NCBI GenBank assembly: GCA_963848295.1
Contig: CAWKDB010000010.1
Coordinates: 2,720,001 to 2,784,000, forward strand
Direction of reading: 5' to 3'
Origin: an uncultured delta proteobacterium
GTDB lineage: Bacteria > Myxococcota_A > Polyangia > Haliangiales > Haliangiaceae
Length of the DNA stretch: 64,000 bases
Made by a program: the position numbers and the translations under genes. The notes beneath the pieces are model-generated. The model did no database searches, was not told the origin of the DNA, and worked only from the letters and a program-made list of their open reading frames with translations. Below are positions 12,646 through 22,822 of this stretch, piece after piece. Position 1 is the stretch's first letter. The number at the start of each line of letters is the position of its first letter.

Positions 12646-12990
12646 TCACGGCGTGTGACCGCTGTCGACGGTCTCGGGCCGGCGGTCGTGGACCGAGTGC
12701 CTCGGTGGAATTTTCTCGAACGGCGGGCAGGCCGCGATCTGGACGTCGGTGGGCGCATCGGGCAGCGCGATCAGGCACGCGAGCGTCGCCTTCGCGCGCT
12801 CGGGGTCCTTCGCGACCGAGGCGTGGCACTTCTCGACGCCTAGCTTCATCCGATCGGCGTTCGCGGAGCCGGAACCGCCGGCTCTGGCCCACGCATCGCT
12901 CGACGCGATCTTCGCGACCGCGAGCGCGCAGTCGTCGTGCTTCGAGCAGGCCGCGAGCGCGAGCGCCGCGAGGATGGCGAGCTTGGTCAT
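12646..12990 (-). CDS. Small Cys-rich lipoprotein, paralog 2 of 3
   Basis: LAACSKHDDC...KCH.SVAKDPE...LACL...C (3' part of ORF 12646..13272). Confidence 0.78.
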   Translation of the reverse strand: MTKLAILAALALAACSKHDDCALAVAKIASSDAWARAGGSGSANADRMKLGVEKCHASVAKDPERAKATLACLIALPDAPTDVQIAACPPFEKIPPRHSVHDRRPETVDSGHTP

Positions 12991-13034
12991 GGCTGCTGCA
13001 TGTCGATCTTCGGGTTCACGCCGCGAATCGTAAC

Positions 13035-13313
13035 TCAGTGGCCCGGCGGTTTCGTGGTGCATTCGCCGACTTTGGCGATCGTGACCTCGCCGCTGATCGC
13101 GAGGATGCACTCGAGCTGCGTTGCGCGCTCGGGATGCTTCGCGAGATCCGCGCGGCACGAGGCGAGCACCTGATCCTTGACGTTGCCGATCGACTGCTCG
13201 GACGGGCGATTGCCGTCGAGCATCGCCGCGGTCTTGTCGTAGACCCGCTCGCACACGTCCGGCTTCGAGCACGCGGCGATGGCGACGAGCGCGAACGCGA
13301 GTACGAGCTTCAT
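13035..13313 (-). CDS. Small Cys-rich lipoprotein, paralog 3 of 3
   Basis: IAACSKPDVC...SCRADLAKHPE...LECI...C (3' part of ORF 13035..14033). Confidence 0.8.
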   Translation of the reverse strand: MKLVLAFALVAIAACSKPDVCERVYDKTAAMLDGNRPSEQSIGNVKDQVLASCRADLAKHPERATQLECILAISGEVTIAKVGECTTKPPGH

Positions 13314-14326
13314 GGCGTGATTGTAGGCCGCGCGCGCCCGCCGCGAAACACCGTGAAGTGAAGCGCGAGCAAGCTGACGTTGACCGCCGCGATCGCGGCG
13401 CCGTGCCCGACGACCCAGTACGGAAAGCCGGCGAGGCACGCGATCATCCACACGAACACGTACGTGTCGCGGCGGCCGAACGAGCGCAGCCACGTGATCG
13501 GCGAGGTCGGATCGTAGACGTCGTCGGCGGTCGCCTTGCCCGACTCGAACCACCAGCGAAACGCGAAGATGTCGCCGGTGCCGGTGCGACGATAGACCGA
13601 GACGTACGTGACGATCGAGACGAGTAGGCGACCGCACGCCGCCGCGAGCCCGATCCATCGCCAGATCCCGCCGAGGCCGAACCCGCACGCGGCGATGAAA
13701 GCGTTGTCGACGATGTCGTCCGACAGGTTGTCGAGCCACTGGCCGAGCTTGCTGTACTGGTAGCGCAGGCGCGCGAGCTCGCCGTCGCACGAGTCGAGGA
13801 TCGAGTTGACTTCGAGCAAGACGCCAGCGATCGCGGTCGTGACGTAGTGACCGCGGCTCGCGAGGTAGGTCGCGAACAGGCCGACGACGATCGCGACGAT
13901 CGTGACGTGGTTCGGCGTCACCGCGAGCGAGCGATGCGACAGCACGCGCGTGATCCGCATCGAGAACCGCCAGTTGATCAGCGCGTCGACCGGGCCTTCG
14001 AACGACTTGTTCATCCGGCGGATCAGCGCCCACTCCGCGCGCGCGCGGGCCGCGTCGTCGACGAGCTCGACCCCGGCGATCACGTCGGCGCGCTCGCGCC
14101 GCGCGTCGGCCGGAGGCTCGCTACCCGGTGCGACGAACTCGATCGGAATCGGCAACGGGCGAGAGAGCTCGACCGGCGCCGCCGCGATCACGGCGCGCGT
14201 CGCACCTGCCTTGGCGACCTCGCGGATCCGGCGCTCGAGCGCGGTCAGGCCGCCGACCACTTCGAGATGGCGCGCGCCGGTGGTCTCGAGAAACGCGACA
14301 GTCTCCACGCGCGCGCACGCTAGCAC
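13310..14326 (-). CDS. CDP-alcohol phosphatidyltransferase family protein with a degenerate N-terminal NTP-transferase-like region
   Basis: TPNHVT and signature LDSCDGELARLRYQYSKLGQWLDNLSD; several TM helices. Confidence 0.9.
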   Translation of the reverse strand: MLACARVETVAFLETTGARHLEVVGGLTALERRIREVAKAGATRAVIAAAPVELSRPLPIPIEFVAPGSEPPADARRERADVIAGVELVDDAARARAEWALIRRMNKSFEGPVDALINWRFSMRITRVLSHRSLAVTPNHVTIVAIVVGLFATYLASRGHYVTTAIAGVLLEVNSILDSCDGELARLRYQYSKLGQWLDNLSDDIVDNAFIAACGFGLGGIWRWIGLAAACGRLLVSIVTYVSVYRRTGTGDIFAFRWWFESGKATADDVYDPTSPITWLRSFGRRDTYVFVWMIACLAGFPYWVVGHGAAIAAVNVSLLALHFTVFRGGRARPTITP

Positions 14327-14362
14327 CTGCGACCGCGGCCCGCGAGCCGGTCGCGGCGCGAG

Positions 14363-15220
14363 CTAGGTCGATGGGCCGGGCACGACCTGCGTGATCGTGA
14401 TCGTGCCTTCGGCGTTCGCGGTGCCAGCCTTCTTGTAGGCCGTCACGGTATGCGCGGTCGTCGGGAACGTCGTCGTGCCGAGCGTCGCCGAGACCTGGGT
14501 GTCTCCGTCGGGGACGTTGAACACGAAGAAGAAGCCGGCGGCCTGGGCCGCCAAGGTTCCGAGGTCGAACTGCGTGCCGACATCGGCACCATTCTGCTGC
14601 ACGCTCAGCGTCGCGCCCTTGATCGCCACGCCGCCGCAGTCTTGCACCTGCACGAACATCGAGCCGTTGGTCGAGTCGTCCTGCGTCGCCATGACGAATG
14701 ACGCGAGCTCTCCGAAGGTGGCGTCGTCGACCACCGGCATCAGCACGCCGGCGGCGGACGCGTGCAGCAGGTTCGGCGGATAAACATAGCTGATCCGGTA
14801 CGTCGTCGCGCCGTTCTTCGGCGTGACCGCCTTGACGAATGCATCGAGCGGCGTGCCCGAGGTCGTGAGCGACACCGAGAACGTGCCGTCGATGGCGCTC
14901 GTCGTGTTCGCGATCGACACCGTCGGTGCGGATACGAGGTAGGCGTCGAGCACGACGCCCGCCTGGGCCGTGAGACCGCCGCCGGCGATGCTGATCGCGT
15001 CCGCGGTGCCCGCGTAGGTCAGCGTGTCGGGAGCCATCGTCGGCTGCGGGTTGGTCAGACACGAGAAGTCGTAGAGCGACGCATCGACGCTGGGCGCGTC
15101 GATCGCCTCGGCGTCGATCGCGGCGTCGATCAGCTTGGGCGCGTCGACGACAGTGCCGTGGTCGTTACCGCATGCAGCGAGGCCGGCGGCGAGGGCAAAA
15201 CAAGCGCGGAGATTCCCCAT
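14363..15220 (-). CDS. Lipoprotein with beta-sandwich (carboxypeptidase-regulatory-like) domains
   Basis: MGNLRACFALAAGLAAC; DAAIDA linker; Thr-rich beta strands (3' part of ORF 14363..16321). Confidence 0.75.
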   Translation of the reverse strand: MGNLRACFALAAGLAACGNDHGTVVDAPKLIDAAIDAEAIDAPSVDASLYDFSCLTNPQPTMAPDTLTYAGTADAISIAGGGLTAQAGVVLDAYLVSAPTVSIANTTSAIDGTFSVSLTTSGTPLDAFVKAVTPKNGATTYRISYVYPPNLLHASAAGVLMPVVDDATFGELASFVMATQDDSTNGSMFVQVQDCGGVAIKGATLSVQQNGADVGTQFDLGTLAAQAAGFFFVFNVPDGDTQVSATLGTTTFPTTAHTVTAYKKAGTANAEGTITITQVVPGPST

Positions 15221-15228
15221 AGGCGGGT

Positions 15229-15256
15229 TTCGTACACCCGTTCGCCGCGCGGTTCC
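15229..15256 (-). promoter_or_regulatory. Possible ECF-sigma promoter for the lipoprotein gene
   Basis: Minus strand GGAACC-N15-GTACGAA just upstream of the ATG at 15220. Confidence 0.3.
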
Positions 15257-15300
15257 ATGCAAATGCGGTGACCGAACGCGAGACGCTGGAGCCGCAACTT

Positions 15301-16569
15301 CTATGCGGGTGTGCGGCGCAGCACTACGATGTGCTCGGCCTTCGGCCGGTCGCCGAACGCGTTGCGCTCGACCGGGCCGTGCATCGGCCGGTGCTGGCTC
15401 GCCCACGCGAGCACGACGAGCTCGTCGCCCAGCACCTCGCGCAGATCGTCGAGGGCATAGATCGCGCGACCGCGCGCGACCGAATCTCCGACGACGAGCG
15501 CCACTTCGCGCCCCGGCCGCAGCGCATGCGCGATCGCCGCGATGACCTCGCCGAATTGGCCGAGCCACTTCGTATGGGGCTGTTCGCCCGCTTCGAAGCT
15601 GCGCCGCGAACCGATCTCGCCGGCATCGAGCACGCGATGACGCAGTGCGAGAAAATCGAACCGCAGCTTCTGGTGGTCGGCGTAGTCGTACGTGCCCGCG
15701 TACGGCGGTGACGTCACGATGCCGGCGGCAGATCCGGCCGCGACGACCTCCCCGAGCGTGCGTGCATCGCGTTCGAACACCTCCGGGGGCGCGCCCGGCG
15801 TGCCCGACAGCTCGTCGAGACCGGCGACCAACAAGTCGACGCGCTTCGCGAATAACCGCGCCGGCAGCCCGCGGCCGATCGTGCGCTCGATCCACGTGTC
15901 GTCGGTATCGGAGGCGCGCGAGCTGACCTTGTAGAGGATCGACGACAAGCACGCGTAGAGCACGTCGCCGATCTGCGTGTCGCGCTCGCGCAGCGCTTCG
16001 ATCGCGCTCGCCATGAACTCGAGCTCGCGCCGCACGTGCGGCTGAAACCACGACAGCAGCTTGCGATCGCGAGCGTTCGGATCGAACCCCTTCGGCTTGC
16101 GCGTACCGACCGCCTCGCCGCCCGAGCGCCGCGCCGCCTTTCCGGCGGCGAGCGCGTTGCCCGCGATCGCGTGACCGGCCTCGCGCAACTGGCTGCGCCG
16201 GCGCGGCGTCTGCGTCCACGTCTTGGCGCGCGCGATCAGCGTCGCGAGCGGATTGAGATCGATGCCGATCGCTCGCCGGCCCGCTGCGCGCGCTTCGACC
16301 AGCACCGTGCCCGAGCCGCAAAACGGATCCACGATCGGCGCGGTCCGCGGCGCGCCCTCCCCGACCAGCCCCACGAGCACCCGCGCCGTCGCCGGATGCA
16401 TCCGCGCCGGATACGTATGAAAAGGATGCGTGAATTCCGTCGCCGCCTCATGATCCACCGTCGGTGCGCGCAAAGCCCGCACCAGCACCTCCGCCGTCTC
16501 CCGATCCCCGTCCGCCTCGATCCGCCCCGGCGCGCGAGTCATCGACAACGAGCGGCGCTCCTGAGCCAT
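15301..16569 (-). CDS. Orphan DNA methyltransferase (N4-cytosine/N6-adenine type)
   Basis: THPFHTYPARMHP; motif I IVDPFCGSGT; motif IV IVTSPPY; LVVGD. No restriction gene adjacent. Confidence 0.85.
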   Translation of the reverse strand: MAQERRSLSMTRAPGRIEADGDRETAEVLVRALRAPTVDHEAATEFTHPFHTYPARMHPATARVLVGLVGEGAPRTAPIVDPFCGSGTVLVEARAAGRRAIGIDLNPLATLIARAKTWTQTPRRRSQLREAGHAIAGNALAAGKAARRSGGEAVGTRKPKGFDPNARDRKLLSWFQPHVRRELEFMASAIEALRERDTQIGDVLYACLSSILYKVSSRASDTDDTWIERTIGRGLPARLFAKRVDLLVAGLDELSGTPGAPPEVFERDARTLGEVVAAGSAAGIVTSPPYAGTYDYADHQKLRFDFLALRHRVLDAGEIGSRRSFEAGEQPHTKWLGQFGEVIAAIAHALRPGREVALVVGDSVARGRAIYALDDLREVLGDELVVLAWASQHRPMHGPVERNAFGDRPKAEHIVVLRRTPA

Positions 16570-16581
16570 CGCCGCACCATC

Positions 16582-16875
16582 GGGGACGCTGTCTCTATTG
16601 TCAACTTGCGGTCCGGGCCCGCCGCTCCAACACCCCGTGATCGCTGCGGAAGCGCTGGGGACGCTGTCTCTATTGTCACTTTGCTGGCCTTGCTTACGCA
16701 CCGTGCCTCGACTTGCGAACCTGATCACGAGGTTCGGCCGGCAAGACCTTCTCCGAACGGCTCCGAACAGGTGGCAAAGTGACAATAGAGACAGCGTCCC
16801 CAAATAACGTCAACGATCGTCAGCAGATCGCCGCCGTGGGTGCGCAAGCAAGTTGACAAAAGAGACAGCGTCACC
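16582..16875. repeat. Nested inverted-repeat element (REP/REPIN- or MITE-like), four copies of GGGGACGCTGTCTCTATTGTCA
   Basis: Inner pair 16656-16684 / 16774-16802 is a perfect 29-bp inverted repeat; outer pair 16582-16609 / 16848-16875 matches at 26/28. Confidence 0.9.
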
Positions 16876-16887
16876 TTTGCTGGGGCC

Positions 16888-17175
16888 ATGCCCATGCCTC
16901 TCGAGATCATTGGCCTCGGAAAACCTGAGGTCCGGTTCGTGTGGGACGACGGACTCGAGGATGTCTGGCAGACTCGCGAGCTGCGGATCCTGTGCACGTG
17001 CGCGAATTGTCAGTCGGAGGCGACGGGGGAGCGCTTGCTCGATCCCAAGACGGTGCCGGCGGGCATCACGGTGAGCGAGATGCAGCTGATGGGGAATTAT
17101 GGGGTCGGGATCCATTTCTCCGACGGGCACACCACCGGCATCTTTCGGTTTCGCAATCTGCGGAGACCGAGGTGA
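16888..17175 (+). CDS. DUF971 / gamma-butyrobetaine hydroxylase N-terminal-like zinc-binding protein
   Basis: W.DG...[10 protein letters not shown]...[18 protein letters not shown]. Confidence 0.88.
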   Translation: MPMPLEIIGLGKPEVRFVWDDGLEDVWQTRELRILCTCANCQSEATGERLLDPKTVPAGITVSEMQLMGNYGVGIHFSDGHTTGIFRFRNLRRPR

Positions 17176-17837
17176 TCGCAGAGCTCGAGCAGCTGTGGGC
17201 GAAGCGGCGAAGCATCCGCGGCTTTCGCAAGGAGCCGATCGCCGAGGCCGAGCTGCAGCGCATGTTCGCGGCGTCGCAGCGCGCTCCGAGCTGGTGCAAT
17301 GTCCAGCCGTGGCGGGTCGCGGTCACGATGCCGCCGAAGACCGAGGCGCTCGCCGGCGCGATGGTCGATGCGGCGAAGAGCGGGTTGCCGCAGGCCGAGG
17401 TCCCGTTTCCGCTCGCGTATCCCGACCCGTACCAGGGCCTGCGGATCGCGTGCGGGGTCGCGCTGTATCGCGCCTTGGGCATCGCTCGCGATGACAAGGC
17501 CGCGCGCTATGACGCCTGGCTCCGCAACTACGAGTTCTTCGGCGCACCGCATGTCGCCATCGTCGCGTGCGATCGCCGGCTCGGGCCGTACGCGTACGTC
17601 GACGTCGGCGTCTGGCTCGGGTACGTGCTGACCGCCGCGGATGCACTCGGCATCGCGACGTGCCCGATGGCCTCGGTCGCGGCTTACCCCGCCGCGTTGC
17701 GCGCGCAGCTGCCGATCGCCGAGACCGATGTGATCCTGTTCGGGCTCGCGCTCGGTCGCGCCGACGATGCCGCGCCGGCGAATGGATATCGCACCGGCCG
17801 CGAGCCCGTCGCGACCAACGTCGCGTTCGTCGTGTGA
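17172..17837 (+). CDS. Nitroreductase family protein
   Basis: [38 protein letters not shown] overlap. Confidence 0.92.
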   Translation: MIAELEQLWAKRRSIRGFRKEPIAEAELQRMFAASQRAPSWCNVQPWRVAVTMPPKTEALAGAMVDAAKSGLPQAEVPFPLAYPDPYQGLRIACGVALYRALGIARDDKAARYDAWLRNYEFFGAPHVAIVACDRRLGPYAYVDVGVWLGYVLTAADALGIATCPMASVAAYPAALRAQLPIAETDVILFGLALGRADDAAPANGYRTGREPVATNVAFVV

Positions 17838-17862
17838 TAAGCTATTCGGCCTCGGGGAGATC

Positions 17863-19326
17863 ATGAGATCACGGGCTTTTTTCGTTATTTGGTTCGCGAT
17901 CACGGCGCTCGCCGCCCCGCTCGCGTCCGCGCAGTCCGCCGACGCGCTCAAGAAAGCGCAAGCGAGCTTCGACCAAGCGCAGGTCGATTATCTGCAGGGC
18001 AAGTACGACGAAGCCGCGAAGGGCTTCCAGGAGGCGTACGCCGCGCGCCCGTTCCCGCAGTTCCTCTACAACATCGGCGCGAGCTTCCACATGAAGGGGA
18101 AGAAGGGCTCGGACCTCGAGTCGTACGAGAAGGCGGTCGAGTTCTACAAGAAGTACCTCGACGAAGATCAGCAGGCCTCCGATCGCGCGAAGGTCGAGAA
18201 GACGGTCGGCGTGCTCGAAGCCGAGATCGCGCGCCTGAAGACACCGGCGAACGCGGGCTCGGGCTCGGCCGCGATCGCCGCGACGCCGTCGCAAGAAGTC
18301 CAGCAACTCGGCGACGTGAAGGTGCACGGCCTCGTCATCATCGAGAGCGAGCCGGCCGGCGCGACGATCTATCAAGACGACAAGAAGAACGGCAAGTTCA
18401 ACGTGACGCCGTGGTCGGGCACGCTCGACGGCGAGCACAAGATCATCCTCGAGAAGCGCGGCTACAAGGTCGCCGAGACCACGATCACCGCCGACCCGTC
18501 GAAGCTGTTCGTGCTGCGCGTCGTGATGTCGCAAGACGGCTACCTCGGCTGGGTCGACATCACGTCGAACGTGCCGGGCTCGGAAATCTTCATCGACGAC
18601 AAGGCGCAAGGCGCGATCGGCAAGACGCCGCTGTCGCAGAACATCAAGCCGGGCAAGCACACGTTCTGGATCACGGCCGAGGGCTACGACGAGTACAAAG
18701 AGTCGGCCGACATCGAGCAAGGCGAGACCCACGAGATCAAGGCGCAGCTCAAAGGCTCGCCGGTCGGCAAGCTCTACGTCGTCGGGCTCGGCATCGAAGA
18801 CTCGGTGATCATCGTCGACGGCAAGGTGCTGTGCGAGCGCGGACCGTGCCTCAAGCCGCTGCAAGAAGGGCCGCATACGCTGACCGTGCGCCGGCCCGGG
18901 TTCAAGCCGTACAGCGAGCGGATCACGATCCAGGCGAAGACCCAGACCCAGATCAAGATCAACCTCGCGCCCCAGCCGAGCCGCAGCGACGCGGTGGTCG
19001 CGTACGTGCTCGCCGCCGGGTTCGGCGGCGGCGGCGTGTTCCTCGGCCTGCAAGCGAACAGCATCCGCGACGAGCTCAAGAAGGGGATCGCGGCCGGCCA
19101 GCCGCCGGTCGATTCGAACGATCCGCGGTTCTTGAAAGGCAAGCTCTACGCGATCGGCGCCGATGCCGCGTTCGCGGTCGCGGGCATCACGCTCGTCACC
19201 GCGATCTACTACACGCTCCGCGACAAGGGCGCGCCGACCACCGGGTTGATCGATGTCCGCGCACTCGCGCTCGAGCCCGCGATCGGCCCGGGCTTCGCCG
19301 GTCTCGCGATGGGAGGGCAGTTCTGA
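17863..19326 (+). CDS. Secreted TPR + multi-PEGA domain protein with C-terminal hydrophobic segments
   Basis: Signal peptide; TPR (YDEAAKGFQEAY...FLYNIG); PEGA repeats (IESEPAGATI, ITSNVPGSEIFID..IGKTP, GPHTLTVRRPGF). Confidence 0.88.
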   Translation: MRSRAFFVIWFAITALAAPLASAQSADALKKAQASFDQAQVDYLQGKYDEAAKGFQEAYAARPFPQFLYNIGASFHMKGKKGSDLESYEKAVEFYKKYLDEDQQASDRAKVEKTVGVLEAEIARLKTPANAGSGSAAIAATPSQEVQQLGDVKVHGLVIIESEPAGATIYQDDKKNGKFNVTPWSGTLDGEHKIILEKRGYKVAETTITADPSKLFVLRVVMSQDGYLGWVDITSNVPGSEIFIDDKAQGAIGKTPLSQNIKPGKHTFWITAEGYDEYKESADIEQGETHEIKAQLKGSPVGKLYVVGLGIEDSVIIVDGKVLCERGPCLKPLQEGPHTLTVRRPGFKPYSERITIQAKTQTQIKINLAPQPSRSDAVVAYVLAAGFGGGGVFLGLQANSIRDELKKGIAAGQPPVDSNDPRFLKGKLYAIGADAAFAVAGITLVTAIYYTLRDKGAPTTGLIDVRALALEPAIGPGFAGLAMGGQF

Positions 19327-20594
19327 TGCGGACTCTCGCGATCACGGTCGCGCTCGGCGGCCTCGCCGCGTGCAACTGGACGACGTTCGATGATCTGTCG
19401 AACCAGACGTGGGTCAACTCGACCCAGAAGCCGGATCAGAAGTCGTCGGACTGGGGCGTCGCGATCCAACGCGGCTCGCTGAACGGTACGCCCGGCCGAC
19501 TCGCGGTGCTCGGCACGAACAGCACCGTGTACACCGCGCTGTCGTTCGGCACCGACGGCAAGTCCGAGCTCGACGCTGGCGTCGTCGACGATCAGCTCAA
19601 CGGCGAGGCGCTCCTGCAAGATCAGCCGATCCTGCTCGCCGATCCCACGACCGACAACCTGTCGCTCGTCACGCCGACGCAGGACAGCGGCGCGGTCGCG
19701 TTCACCGGCACGACCTCGCTCCAGGTCGTGCAGTTCGCCGCCGGCACGATCCCGACCGGTGCGGCCTACATGAGACTGTCGAACTCGGCGACCGCGGTGT
19801 TGTTCGTCGCGATCGGCGACCTCGTGCTGCCGAACATCGGCTGTCCGAGCTTCAAGCCACCGCAGCTCACGCTCGAAGACGAGGACACCGCCGCCGATAA
19901 CCCCGTGATGGTCGCGGCGATGGCCGGCGTGCCGATCAGCTCGGCGATGCACGACGACCTCGTCGTGTGGGCGACCGACGGCAAGCTCTACGTCTATCCC
20001 GACTTCGACTCCGCGGCTTCTCCGATCAACGACATCAGCTGCCCGATCAACCTCGACCAGACGCTGCACGCCGCGACCGTCACCGACACCGGCTTCCTGC
20101 CCGGCACCGGCGCGCAGCTGCTCGTCGACGGCACGCTCGTGGTCGCGACCGGCGAGAAGGTCGGCAGCTCGACCACCACGAACTCGCCCGAGAGCTTGCT
20201 CGCGGTCTACGACGTGTCGACCGGTACGCCGACGCTCGCCGGCGCCCCGATCGATCGCAACGACGGCGTCGGCCTGCACGCCGCGGTGATCCAGGCCTAC
20301 GACGGTCAGAGCTACTTGTTCGCGGGCTTCCCGACCGCGCCGGTCAATTCGCTGACGACCGGCGTCGTCGAGGTGTTCTCGTACGACGCGGCGAACGGCA
20401 TCGATTCCCAGCCGGTGCAGACGCTGTACGACGCGCAGCCCGACGACAACGAGCTGTTCGGCCGGTCGCTCGCGATCATGCCGTACGAGGGCGCGAACGT
20501 CCTCGCGGTCGGCGCGAGCAACGAAGTGTTCGCGTACTACCAGATCGTCGACAGCAGTGGCACGCCGATCTACGAAGACCCGCGGACACACTGA
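19326..20594 (+). CDS. Lipoprotein, FG-GAP/beta-propeller-like
   Basis: MRTLAITVALGGLAAC; FGRSLA...LAVGA; TGATG coupling (3' part of ORF 17889..20594). Confidence 0.75.
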   Translation: MRTLAITVALGGLAACNWTTFDDLSNQTWVNSTQKPDQKSSDWGVAIQRGSLNGTPGRLAVLGTNSTVYTALSFGTDGKSELDAGVVDDQLNGEALLQDQPILLADPTTDNLSLVTPTQDSGAVAFTGTTSLQVVQFAAGTIPTGAAYMRLSNSATAVLFVAIGDLVLPNIGCPSFKPPQLTLEDEDTAADNPVMVAAMAGVPISSAMHDDLVVWATDGKLYVYPDFDSAASPINDISCPINLDQTLHAATVTDTGFLPGTGAQLLVDGTLVVATGEKVGSSTTTNSPESLLAVYDVSTGTPTLAGAPIDRNDGVGLHAAVIQAYDGQSYLFAGFPTAPVNSLTTGVVEVFSYDAANGIDSQPVQTLYDAQPDDNELFGRSLAIMPYEGANVLAVGASNEVFAYYQIVDSSGTPIYEDPRTH

Positions 20595-20606
20595 TCGCGA
20601 GCACGA

Positions 20607-22470
20607 GTGAAGCGCACCTGCCCGGCGTGTCAACGAGAGTTCGACGAAGCCGGGTTTTGCCCGTTCGACGGCACGGCGCTCCGGGAGCCCGACGTCAGTA
20701 AGCCCACCGTGCTGTCGGCGTTCGTCGACGCGCAGATGCCCCCGGCCGACACGAAGCTGCCGACCGAGCCCGATCTGCGCCGAGATCAGGACCCGACCAA
20801 CCGCGTCCGCGCGATCTCCGCGGCGGCCGCGACTCAAGACGCGCTCGACAGCATGCGCAAGCGCACCGAGTACGACTCGCTCGTCGGTGACACGCTCGAC
20901 GGCCGCTACTTCATCAAGGCGAAGATCGGCGAGGGCGGCATGGGCGTCGTGTTCGCCGCGCGCCACGCCGTGATCGAGCGGCCGCTCGCGATCAAGGTGC
21001 TGAAGCGCGAGGTGATGCGCGACACCGCGACGATCCGCCGCTTCGTACAAGAGGCGAAGGCGGCATCGCGGATCGGCCACCCGAACATCGTTGATGTCAC
21101 CGACTTCGGGACGACCCCCGAGGGCATGACCTACTCCGTGATGGAGTTCGTCGACGGCACGACGCTGGCGAAGGCGATCAAGCACGGCGCGCCTTTTCCC
21201 GCCGAACGCGCGATCCGGATCGCGTCGCAGATCGCACGGGCGCTCGGCGCGGCGCACGACAAGGGCATCGTCCACCGCGATCTCAAGCCGGAGAACGTGT
21301 TCTTGATCGACCGCGAGGGCCGCACCGACTTCGTCAAGATCGTCGACTTCGGCATCGCGAAGGTCACGCCGCTCGACGGCCAGAGCGATGGCCCGCGCCT
21401 CACCCGCGTCGGCTCGGTGTTCGGCACGCCGGAGTACATGGCGCCCGAGCAAGCGGCCGGGCGCAGCGACACCGACGGCCGGGTCGATATCTACGCGCTC
21501 GGCACGATCCTCTACGAGATGTTGTGCGGTCGCGTGCCGCACAAGAGCGACAGCATGGTCCGCACGATCGCGATGCAGATGCTCGACGAGATTCCGCTGC
21601 TGAGCGGAGCACATCCCGAGATCGAGATCGCGCCCGAGCTCGAAGACGTCGTGATGCGCGCGCTCGCCAAGAAGCGCGAGGACCGCTACCAGACGATGGC
21701 GGAGCTGCTGTCCGCGCTCGAGCGGGTCTACGACTCGATCACCGCGCCGCCGACCCGCGAGGAGCTGCTCAAGTCGTTACCGCCGTTGCCGCCCGGCGCC
21801 GATCCGATCCCGCTCGCGACCGACGGGCTCGCGACCGCCGCGACCGCCGCGCCGACCGTGCGCCGGATCCGACACGAGCCGCAGTTCGTGACCTCGGATC
21901 GCCCGATCGCGTTCGATCACCTGCTCGCCGACCAGAGCCAGCCGGTCCGCCGTGGTCGCTGGCCGATCGCGCTCGCCGTGCTCGTGGTAGCCGGCGGCGG
22001 CGCGGTCGCCGCGATCCTATTGATGCGCGGTCACGGCGACACCGTCGCGATCGTCGAGCGCGATGCCGCGCTCGCCCAGCGACGCCGCGCTCGCCCACGA
22101 CGCCGCGCTCGATGGTTCGCTCGTCGTGCTCGCCGCCGACGCCGCGATCGCGCCGCGGCCTGTGCCCGACGCCGGCCTGGTCGTCATCGACACGCCGAAC
22201 CATCGCGGCACGATCGACGTCCAGGTGTTCACGAAGCCCGACACCGCGCAGATCTACGTCGCCGGGCACTTGCGCGGCGAGAACGGCACCCACGTCGAAG
22301 AGCCGTACGGGACACGGCTCGCGATCGAGTGTCGCCAACCGGGTTACCGGGCCGGCTCGGTCGTCGTGGTGTTCGACGGCCGGCAGGAGAAGGTCCAGTG
22401 CGAGCTCGCGCGGATCAAGCGCTGCGTGCCCGGGATCAAGAACCCGTTCGACGACTGCCCACCCGACTAG
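20607..22470 (+). CDS. Membrane Ser/Thr protein kinase; frameshift near 22079; extracytoplasmic PEGA-like C-terminus
   Basis: IGEGGMG, AIK, HRDLKPEN, DFG, GTPEYMAPE; N-terminal CPAC..CPFDG zinc ribbon; TM WPIALAVLVVAGGG. C-terminus lies in ORF 22063..22470 ending IKNPFDDCPPD. An extra G sits in an 18-bp DAALAH repeat. Confidence 0.92.
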
Positions 22471-22500
22471 CGAGAACCGGGTGGGCCGACCCGCGACTGC

Positions 22501-22822
22501 TCAGTGCGCGAGGTCTTGCTCGAGCTGCTTGACCTTGTCGTCGACGTTCTTGTCGTCGATGTCCTTCTTGGCCTGAGCCTCGAAGTCGACCTCGGTGGGC
22601 ACGTCGGCCTGCGCCGCCGAGCCCGAGCCGCTGCCCGCGTTGGCTGCCGAGCCCGAGCCGCTGCCCGCGTTGGGCATGGTCGCCGAGCCCGAGCCGGCGG
22701 AATCCCGCGGCAGCCGAGCCGCTGCCCATCGCCGGAGCGGGTGCGGGTGCTTCCTTCGCCTTCTTCTTGCAACCCGAGACGGCGAGCAACGAGACAAATG
22801 CGATGACGAACGTCGACTTCAT
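22501..22822 (-). CDS. Small lipoprotein with GSGS linker; frameshift near 22705
   Basis: MKSTFVIAFVSLLAVSGCKKK joins ...VPTEVDFEAQAKKDIDDKNVDDKVKQLEQDL; 30-bp repeat at 22616-22673. Confidence 0.75.

Noticed and set aside
12646..13055. Weak similarities between ends of the small lipoprotein genes as further gene-end duplications
   Set aside because: Short, gapped, GC-only matches explainable by paralogy or chance.
16582..16875. Mini-CRISPR or coding extension of the MTase ORF to 16803
   Set aside because: Copies are in inverted pairs with irregular spacing; the N-terminal extension merely translates the repeats (DNRDSVP twice).
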